A stretch of 10,802 nucleotides of DNA from Octopus sinensis. Taxonomy: Eukaryota. Location: the NCBI RefSeq assembly GCF_006345805.1, contig NW_021827199.1, positions 1 to 10,802 on the forward strand, in the 5' to 3' direction. A program made the position numbers and the translations under genes. The notes below the pieces were generated by a model. The model worked only from the letters and a program-made list of their open reading frames with translations, made no database searches and was not told the DNA's origin. This document shows, piece by piece, positions 1-8,723 of this stretch (position 1 is its first letter; every line of letters starts with the position of its first letter).

Positions 1-656
1 CATCATCGCTTTTATTTGCATCGTTTTTGTTCTGAACTCAGCTATCGTTGAAGTGCAATACGCCTTTCGTCATTATTTTCTTTGCCGATAAAACAAAGAG
101 ACACTTAAAAGCCGGCATCGATATAATAGGCTTTTTTTAAAATCTCATCCAAATTGAAAGTCTTCTACTCATTAAAAATTCATTGTCGTTTTGTTCTTGT
201 TGTTTTTGCCATGACAACGCATATTTTTCACCGCTCATTCATGGATAAGCTTGTCTTAATATTTTTTAAAATGTGCAACATTTTTTGTTTTAATTCTCTT
301 TGAAAGCTGAATTTCTTTCAAAAGCTTGTTTTGTTCTCCGTCTGAATCTGCAGAAACAAGTTAAGAATGAATAACTAAACAAGCGTTTTGATTCTTGCTG
401 TTAACGGTGCCCACGACGATTCATTAACGGCTGACAGGTATCCGCACGCATCAGAAAATAATTTGTTTGCTCATGTTATAAATAAGAGATTCAATTTCTT
501 GCTAGATTCCTTAGTGCAGGATAGCTTTGACTGAGGGGACACAATAATGTCGAGTCAACGTGCGTCCCAGAGCCTCCTTACGCTAATTAATCAAGTGCGT
601 TATGAACACACATTTGTCTGAAAAGAGAAGCCGTTACGTTATATATATATATAAAC

Positions 657-694
657 GGTGGTGCATCAGCATGACCGCAGCTCTGAGCTGAAAA
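657..694 (+). mobile_element. Isolated 3'-tail fragment of the SINE family seen at 10334-10709
   Basis: ggtggtgcatcagcatgaccgcag aligns ungapped (18/24) with ggcggtgctccaccatagccgcag at 10651-10674, followed by the same hairpin-plus-AA arrangement (cagct-ctg-agctg-aaa). Embedded between TA repeats. Confidence 0.65.
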
Positions 695-698
695 CTAC

Positions 699-700
<2 letters not shown>

Positions 701-766
<66 letters not shown>
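701..766. repeat. (TA)n microsatellite
   Basis: Direct reading; one interruption. A shorter TA run lies at ~640-654. Confidence 0.97.
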
Positions 767-1228
767 CGAAAGAAGGTTTGAAAATGCAATTTTAAAGATG
801 TTTATTCACTTGACCGGTTTCACTTTGTTAGAAAAAGATTGTCAAAAGTAAAATGTAAAGCTTTGTATCAGCTTGTTGTGTTAAGTATTGGTTGTCACAA
901 AAGTATTAAAATACAGTTATACGTTCTTTGATAATAATAAGAAAATGTTAAAAGCAGTTTACAAGAAAGTATTTAAGAAAATATTCAACAAAAATTATTA
1001 GGAGTTCAATAAAAATCATGTTTGTTTGGTAGTATATGTATACACTTAAGGAGATATGTTTAAGAATTTACAAAACATGGAGAAAAAACAACCTGTCTTT
1101 TTGGCATTTTACTGTTTTGTGTGTATATATAACGAATCATTAGTGCTAAGTAGTGTTTATGTATGGGCAGCTTTAGTTGAAATATGTTTATCGCATATTT
1201 CATTTGTTAAAAGGCAAATACACTGCAG

Positions 1229-1544
1229 TTTACACCTTTTTACCATAAGAGAGATTTTTTTCTCCACGATAACGTATTTCAACTTATCTAATTCTTACAC
1301 ACTGCTTCGCACTGAAACTTCGTTATTTTCCTTCGTTATCGGTCGATCCCCTAGCGCAAATCAGTTAACGTTCTGACTGAATTACATATAAAGCCATCCG
1401 TTTAGAGTTGCCTCTCTGAAGGTACATCTTATCGACAAAAGCCAAGAAGCTTGGAACATCAATGTCATAGATTCCTAATAGACGGCGACACTCAACGAAT
1501 TAGGTGTTTTTACACCTTTTTACCATAAAGAGAGATTTTTTTCT
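1229..1544 (+). repeat. Dispersed 35/36-bp direct repeat (1229-1263 and 1509-1544)
   Basis: tttacacctttttaccataa(a)gagagatttttttct occurs twice, differing by one A, separated by 245 bp of unique sequence. Confidence 0.9.
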
Positions 1545-1622
1545 ACACAGTAACTGCAGTATATTTGTCTTTTAGCAGTTGAGATATATGCCATGACAAA
1601 CTGATTTCACCTTACCTCATGA

Positions 1623-1640
1623 ATATATATATATATATAC

Positions 1641-1686
<46 letters not shown>

Positions 1687-1793
1687 TATATTATATATAT
1701 ATTATATATATAAATATATATATATACATTTATATATATATACATATATCTAAACATACATGTATATATATATACATTATATATACATATATG

Positions 1794-1838
<45 letters not shown>

Positions 1839-1944
1839 TATACATACATACATACATACATATACACACACACACATATATATATGTATGTATGTATGCG
1901 TATATATGTGTGTATGTATGTATGTATGTATGTATGTATATATA
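1623..1944. repeat. Compound microsatellite (TA)n/(TACA)n/(CA)n/(TATG)n
   Basis: Direct reading; accounts for ORFs 1617-1877, 1760-1945 and 1777-1980. Confidence 0.97.
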
Positions 1945-2538
1945 GAATGACTGAAGCTGTGTACGGATTTTACGTATCAAGAAGATGTAGGTAGTCAGGA
2001 TTTTGATAAAAAAACTATTTATTTATTTATCGCTTTCATCCTTTTGAGGGATTAATCACGAATGATTTCTTATGGAAAATTCATAACTTTTATTTATATG
2101 TGAGTAAGTTAAAAAAAAATTTCGAGTTGAATTTGTTTCTTTTTTTCTGGGTGTTTTGTAGATTAGTTGAAAGCGATGTCACATCAAAAAGATCAAAATT
2201 ATTATTATTTTTATCAATTGTCATAATTTTTTTGTCATTGTGTGACTCATAGTCTTATTAGTAATTTGTCATGTTACCCAGCGGTAGAAAAAAAAATATA
2301 TATTCGTGCATGTCTTTATAATCTTTACAGTTTAAAACATGATTTAAAAAAAACAAAACAAAACAATGACATGTATCCTGCATCTGCGAGACTTCTCTTC
2401 GTGTATAACCAACCAAAGTATCATTTCACAAAAATAAAAGAATTGCTAATTTGGGAGTCGCAGATGAACGCATCAAACAATGTGTGAATGAATTTTTTAT
2501 ATATAGAGCGAGAGAAAAAAATATACATGCGTTCAAAT

Positions 2539-2559
2539 ATAATAATAATAATAATAATA

Positions 2560-2611
<52 letters not shown>

Positions 2612-2621
2612 TGATGATGAT

Positions 2622-2668
<47 letters not shown>

Positions 2669-2707
2669 TAATAATAATAATAATAATAATGATGATGATG
2701 ATGATGA

Positions 2708-2780
<73 letters not shown>
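2539..2780. repeat. (AAT)n trinucleotide tract with two (GAT)n blocks
   Basis: Direct reading; GAT blocks at ~2609-2621 and ~2690-2709. Produces spurious poly-N/D and poly-I/M ORFs. Confidence 0.97.
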
Positions 2781-2782
<2 letters not shown>

Positions 2783-3427
2783 GGAAAGTTTATGAGTTTG
2801 TGAATTTTCTACTTTAACTCCTCCGAGAGTCTCCGACAGACCTTGATGAAACTTGACACGTGTGTGGGTCTTATGCCCATGCGGTCATTTACGGACTTGG
2901 AATTTTTTTTAAAATCGTTTTTTCATCAGCAACGATTTTTCAAAAATCGTAAAATTTCGGTATTTTTCGCTCTAGCCTTCGTGACGTCAATTTGGGTATA
3001 AACAGACAGCTTATTAACGGTAATCTATTTAGCATTTGCTAATTCTTCATTCCAATGCGAATTGGTTTGATTTGCTAAAACTTATTATTTCAATTCGTTG
3101 TTTTAAATCCCCAGCGTTTCAGGTTTTGATTAGGTAAGACCATTTTATTTCTCAAGCAAAATTTAGGCATTTTGCGCACTAGCCGTCGTCTCATTAATTT
3201 GACGAAATCTGCCCCAAAGCGTAAAATTTCGCCATTTTACGCACATGCACAAAAACAACGACGACACGGATTCGCTACTAGATTCTGCTCATTCACCCGT
3301 CAAATTGGTCCTGTCCATTAATATGGATTTTAAATATTTGAAAATTGTCAAAATTTGACGAAAAAATGTTTCATGGCTATAAATAGACATTATATTAACG
3401 GTTATTTTTACCGAGCTCCTCAGCTAG
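2781..3427 (+). mobile_element. Probable non-autonomous DNA element of uncertain class (Helitron-like 3' end or Crypton-like)
   Basis: Non-coding block bounded exactly by (AAT)n on the left and (TA)n on the right, ending ...cagCTAG|T, with several internal inverted repeats. Resembles a repeat I recall from octopus sequence (unverified). No 5' TC or TIRs seen. Confidence 0.5.
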
Positions 3428-3453
3428 TATATATATATATATATATATATATA
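3428..3453. repeat. (TA)n microsatellite
   Basis: Direct reading. Confidence 0.95.
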
Positions 3454-3575
3454 AGGCGTAAATATTCAAACGAATATTCATATATGTATTTTTATTGTTA
3501 TCACTATCAGCGGCAGATATAAATAATTGATAACAATAACAACAGAAATATAGGTGGTAGCAAGGGGATTACACT

Positions 3576-3635
3576 GGCAGTACTCTAGCATGCCCACAGC
3601 CTTGGGGCTGAAGCGTATAAAAGAATGAAAGAATA
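3576..3635 (+). mobile_element. Diverged SINE 3'-tail fragment
   Basis: ggcagtactctagcatgccca-cagcc-ttgg-ggctg-aagcgtataaaagaatgaaagaata is colinear with 10651-10709: same 21-nt spacing to the hairpin and an (aaaga)-type repeat tail. Confidence 0.65.
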
Positions 3636-3639
3636 ATAA

Positions 3640-3713
3640 TATATTATACAATGTATGTGTATGTCTATATATTATATATATGAATATCTGACTACCTGCA
3701 TATCTGTAATACG

Positions 3714-3777
<64 letters not shown>

Positions 3778-3840
3778 GATATATGTAAGTATATATATAT
3801 ACATTATATATATATATATATATATATTATTATATATGTA

Positions 3841-3871
<31 letters not shown>

Positions 3872-4029
3872 ATATACATATATATATATATATACATAGA
3901 CATATATATATTCATATATATACATGCATGCATGCATGCATCCATAAATCCTTACATACCATACATATATACATACATGCATGCATACATACATATACAT
4001 ATATGCGTACATAACACACACACACACAC

Positions 4030-4079
<50 letters not shown>

Positions 4080-4100
4080 CACATATATATACACACATAT
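3640..4100. repeat. Compound microsatellite (TA)n/(ATGC)n/(TACA)n/(CA)n
   Basis: Direct reading; accounts for most of ORFs 3478-3945, 3830-4096, 3912-4160 and 3952-4230. Confidence 0.95.
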
Positions 4101-4300
4101 AAATGTATTTTTTTGTAATATATATTTCATTGATTTCCTGTCCAATGTGACGAGCCGCACGACCGATCGAAGTGCAGATCGAACGGAAACCGGTGTTCGC
4201 GTTTGTAATCCCCGTTAATCTCTCATGCACTAACTGAAGGCTTTACACACTTCCAACCTAAATTTGTATAGACCACTCTTTTCTGTTTTCACGGCTTAAA

Positions 4301-4390
4301 CACACGCACACAAATACACACACACATGTTTGTGTATGTGTATGTATGTATGTGTGTGTGTGTATGCGTGCGTGATTATATATATATAAA
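4301..4390. repeat. Imperfect (CA)n/(TATG)n/(TG)n/(TA)n microsatellite
   Basis: Direct reading. Confidence 0.9.
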
Positions 4391-5620
4391 TGTGTCTATG
4401 GTTCTATGATTCTATAAATACACATTTTCTTCAAATCCTTCTTCTCACTAAGAATTTTGCTGGTTTGCCAAATAACCTTCGATCATTGAAATTATCATCG
4501 ATTTATTCAAATATCCTGTAAAAGATGCAGAAATTAGATATTGAAAGATAATAACCTTACAAACCTTACAAAATCTCATACTTCGAGATAAGCCTTGGAT
4601 GTTAAAAGAACGAAATATTAATTTATCGCATTTAAAATATATTTAAAATATGGCCCCCGTTCGGCTTCTAATATTAACCTTTGTGTTTAAGTATGGATTC
4701 TAAGAGAAGTTTAAGTCGAAAAATACCTCATAATAAGAATAAATCTTACTGTTCAAAATCAAATTTCTTTTTACTCTTCACCTTTATTTTCCTTTGGTTT
4801 TATACAATATATTGATTGTGTATCGATTAGATATATGAATTTATTTGTTTCATGTGATGAAAGATGTAAATCGCAATTGCATTAGGGAAAGTTAGGCTCG
4901 TCCTAATAACGTTTTAAACAAATAAAAATAAAAACCTCTCACCTACATGATCACGTTTAAACAATAATACATATACGTGTATATGTAAAGACAAATGTGT
5001 ATTGTACTACAGAGATCTATGTCAGTGTGCATACACAAACACGCAGAAACATGGGGACATCATTGGTTGTCTCTATTGATATAATTTGTCCATTGATCGG
5101 ATCATGCAGATTTCGACTTAGTCGGTATGCTTACGATTGACATTAAAATAAATCTTGTAATAATAATCCATATCGAAGAATATTGCAGCTGTATACTATG
5201 TAATTAGGGGACCAACCCCGGATCCTTCCTAACAATAGTCATCGTCTTTCCATTTGATTATAATAATCTTCCGTTTCGGCATCTGAGAATAGTTTCGTTA
5301 TGCGTTTGTAATCATGAAATTTAATGGATTTTCTGATATTTTCTGAAAGAACGACTAAATTTTTAAATGGAAGAATGTGATATAGTGACAGGTGGTACGA
5401 ATATTCTTTGAGTTCGCTGCCATTATGTTAAGGATCGCTGAATTCTCTTCTAAATTACAACTGCAAAAAGTTCAGCGTTGAAATCTATAAATTGGCTTCA
5501 TTTGCGTTGAGCACGAAAAATACACCCGTACCCGAAAGAAAACAAACAAAACAAAAGAACAATAGCAATCCCTAGCAAACATGTTAAGATGAATTGCATA
5601 AAATAAAGGAATTTTATGAA

Positions 5621-5756
5621 ATTTGTCTCCGCCACATGTTTGTGGGTGTATTCCTACTGCACGTGCCATGGACAAGAAATGTCTTCTATAGCCGTCGGCT
5701 GATCAAAGTCAGTAGAGTGGATATAGGAGGCGGAAACTGAAATAGGCCAGTCATAT
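5621..5756 (+). mobile_element. Old, diverged 5' half of the 10334-type SINE
   Basis: Colinear with ~10361-10475: ccacatg, ctactgc/ccactgc, ggacaag/gggcagg, tagccgtcggctgatcaaag vs cagcctcgggccgaccaaag, gagtgg, aggccagtcata vs aggcccgtcgta. Followed by a TG/TA microsatellite (5763-5813) at the homologous position. Confidence 0.7.
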
Positions 5757-5858
5757 CAATCATGTGTGTGTGTGAGTGTGTATTATTGTATATATATATA
5801 TATATATATATATAAATCAATAAATGGTGGGGTTGTGTTGACCGCACGTGGAGAAATG

Positions 5859-6061
5859 ATAGGCAAGGAAAAATTAAAAAGGCAGAATGCTAAATTGAAA
5901 GAAAATTTTAATGAAAATGGGTGTATGGAAAATTTAGAAAAATTAATAAAATTATATATTTTTATATATATTTTATTAATTTTTCAAAATTTTCCATGCA
6001 CCCATTTTCATTAAAATTTTCTTTCAATTTAGCATTCTGCTTTTTATTTTTCCTTGCCTAT
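5859..6061. mobile_element. Near-perfect ~200-bp palindrome; candidate MITE/foldback element (core 5862-6058, TA flanks)
   Basis: Left arm 5859-5958 and right arm ~5964-6061 are reverse complements with about 5 differences (2 substitutions, ~3 small indels) around a T5 centre. Termini TA|GGCAAGG...CCTTGCC|TA. The palindrome is certain; the MITE label is inference. Confidence 0.7.
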
Positions 6062-6150
6062 ATATATATAATATATATATATATATATAATATTAATATA
6101 TATAATATATATATATATATATATTGTGTGTGTGGGTGTGGTGTGTATGT
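6059..6150. repeat. (TA)n followed by imperfect (TG)n
   Basis: Direct reading. Confidence 0.93.
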
Positions 6151-6509
6151 ATTCTTTTATATAAAAACAAATGACTAAATCTTCCAACCTCTACATGACC
6201 TCACGGTAGAGAACTGGTCACGGCTAATCAGATTGGCGAATGCTTTTAAAGGATGCGCGCAGAAGGCGTTCGTTTATCTGAGGGCTCAAGGAAGAAGTTC
6301 GATTAATTGGCATCACTTTCTTCGCCAATATTGCCTTATGTACGTAATTTACATCGCCGCTCTTCCTTTTTCTATGGCTACAGCTATGGCGTCTGAACTT
6401 CGGTGTTGGTTGGTCGCGTGTCACATCCGCCGAGGCTCACTCAATTGGTTTGTCTCCTTTCCACTCCTCACTCATACTCAGCTGAAAGTCTCCCCTCTAT
6501 AGGCCTCTG

Positions 6510-6935
6510 ATTATGTACAAATGCAATGTATATAAAAAATAGAAAATGGGACAAGAACGAAAAACATCCAAATAGACGATACAAAAAACACAGATGGGTC
6601 ATTCGAAGCCTCTAATCTTCAGTCAAGAACCGGATCATCCTCCCAATTTCGGTTGATTAATCTTGAGATTACTCCAATCTGGCCAGCCCCAAGGAAAAAC
6701 TAAGCCAAGAGCATTAGATTCCTTGGAAAAAGGATCGAATGTATACGAAACAAGGACGGAAAAACAGACGATGTTACACGAATATAAATACAAAAAACAA
6801 CAACAAGTAATACTAATATAATTACAAAAAAACAATAATAATAATAATAATAACAGGACATAACAACAGGCGTCTTTCGACTCGAGACGAATTGAATTCA
6901 TCTGGCGTATTTGAGAATTAAACCTTACGGCAAAT
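6510..6935. mobile_element. Probable interspersed repeat fragment, class unknown, containing an (AAC)/(AAT) tract at ~6795-6853
   Basis: Recognition from memory only (e.g. ggccagccccaaggaaaaactaagc...gcattagattccttggaa...gaatgtatacgaaa) as a recurrent octopus repeat. No internal diagnostic hallmark; boundaries approximate. Confidence 0.35.
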
Positions 6936-7493
6936 GAAAGGAACGATGTTACCGTGCCCGTGGTCCGAACACTCCCATAAAAGACTTAAATTCTTCAGAG
7001 TATTCTGCTATCTAAAAAAAAAAACCCATAAATTTAATGCTAACCTTTTTTGTATTCCTGTTGGTTTAACATAATCGATGTTTCGAAAGTAAATCACTTT
7101 ACGGCATTTAGTTTCAACTTACGTCATATAACGCAAAAGTTTTTTGCATTTGCACCTCACGATATACAAAAAAAAAAATATTAAACAAGTTTTATGATGA
7201 AGCAAGCATGGGCATCCGAACATCCAAACCACACAGAGGCAGAACCATAGCAAGGCGAATTTAAAAGGGGGAAAACCACTAAAGACATTTTTTTTCTAAA
7301 TAACCCGATTAACTGGATATGGTAACAATCTGTCACAAAAGCATTCCTGAGGGAATCCTAATTGTAAACAATTCATCGGTTAAAAATATGCATTTTTCTC
7401 TGACGAAATATGTACAAAGATACATAGAAAGTGCGGCGAAATATATAAATATATATGATACTTAACAACATCGGGAGGTTTTCCTGTCGTACT

Positions 7494-7573
7494 CAACATC
7501 AACAACAACAACAACAACAACAATAAAAAAAACAGCAGCAACAACTACTACAACAACAACAACAACAACAACA
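7494..7573. repeat. (CAA)n trinucleotide tract with CAG/CTA variants
   Basis: Direct reading; interrupted by an A-run with an in-frame TAA in the poly-Q frame. Confidence 0.95.
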
Positions 7574-7844
7574 AAAGATGTTCAGACCCGCTTCAAATAC
7601 ATTTTGTCATATTTCTACATGTAAAATGAAATATTAGTAAAGTGCTAATAACATCCGTTGAGAGACGGCATAGTTTTTTTTTCTTCACTAGCAAATACTC
7701 ATTATTTTTAATGAGTAAAATATATACTTTTGGTATGCAATTAGAGAAATTTTAGTCGTAGTCTTTAGAGAGAAAACTTATTGGTATACCAGAAAATTAG
7801 TATCACAATTGAAATAAGCATAGAAAACAGAAAATATGTACATC

Positions 7845-7855
7845 ATATACGTATA

Positions 7856-7928
<73 letters not shown>

Positions 7929-8095
7929 GTGTGGGGTTGTGTGTGTGGTGTGTGTGTGTGTGTATGTGCGTGTAGGTGCTTATACAAACATACATACACC
8001 ACATATACATGTATATGCATATGCTGTAAATCCTTATATAATATGCAAAATTATATACATATTCATATGAATATACACTTATTTGAATATTCATG

Positions 8096-8139
<44 letters not shown>

Positions 8140-8171
8140 CTATATATTGGTATATATTATATGTATATGTA

Positions 8172-8212
<41 letters not shown>

Positions 8213-8225
8213 CATTCATATGCGC

Positions 8226-8261
<36 letters not shown>

Positions 8262-8280
8262 TGTATATATATATGGTTAT
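7845..8280. repeat. Compound (TA)n/(TG)n/(TATG)n microsatellite region
   Basis: Direct reading; pure tracts at ~7845-7970 and ~8090-8280 with AT-rich low-complexity sequence between. Explains ORFs 7781-7975, 7836-8369, 7843-8094 and 8140-8475. Confidence 0.93.
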
Positions 8281-8649
8281 GTGCGTCTGTATATTTGTAT
8301 GAGAGAGTGCACGAACCAGTCCGTTCGAACGTACAAAAATATTTACACCGTTCGTACATTCACAAATAGAATGTCTGAAAAAAACCCTGATCAAACATGT
8401 ACAAAAGTGTGAAAAGAGTAAAAAAAGAAGAAAACAATTAAAAAAAAAAGCATCACTAGGTGATATCCTGAACATTTACTGTGAGCAGAAGTAACCTGAC
8501 GGATCCGTTCCATGAATGAGATCCGATTGACAAGTGACTAGGTAAAACCCACATAGTTTTCAGGTGTGAACATTTCAGCAAAGAACAGATAGACACAATA
8601 CACAGTCGTGCTTATATGTTATCATGTATGGAAACGTGCATTCACATAT

Positions 8650-8656
8650 ATACACC

Positions 8657-8696
<40 letters not shown>

Positions 8697-8700
8697 CATC
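8650..8700. repeat. (CA)n microsatellite
   Basis: Direct reading. Confidence 0.95.
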
Positions 8701-8723
8701 TACATATAGCTACGTAAATGCAA

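Noticed and set aside
205-218. RFX X-box-like tttgccatgacaac
   Set aside because: One mismatch at a conserved end and no promoter context; cannot be distinguished from chance.
1056-1376. 106-aa ORF
   Set aside because: Composition typical of AT-rich non-coding DNA, runs through the direct repeat, and has no recognisable homology.
2031-2056. gctttcatccttttgagggattaa, similar to the SINE central motif
   Set aside because: Only ~12 nt match; flanks do not align with the array units.
2451-2817. Poly-Asn/Asp and poly-Ile/Met ORFs
   Set aside because: Read-through of the (AAT)n/(GAT)n tract; flanks lack convincing splice or coding features.
4553-4651. Short tandem duplications (aaccttaca x2; atttaaaatat x2) and other 6-8-bp hairpins
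   Set aside because: Expected by slippage or chance in AT-rich DNA.
6224-6502. Overlapping ORFs 6233-6502(+) and 6224-6424(-)
   Set aside because: No recognisable domain or supporting splice sites; higher local GC lengthens ORFs by chance.
6595-6625. Hammerhead-like CTGAAGA...CGAAT on the minus strand
   Set aside because: Lacks the G10.1-C11.1 stem II closure and GAAA/UH geometry; at best a decayed remnant.
7117-7155. 33-nt minus-strand micro-exon candidate ending in GTAAGT
   Set aside because: Acceptor is GAG rather than YAG; no other support.
7494-7573. Possible poly-Q coding tract
   Set aside because: In-frame TAA and A-run interrupt it; no exon boundaries.
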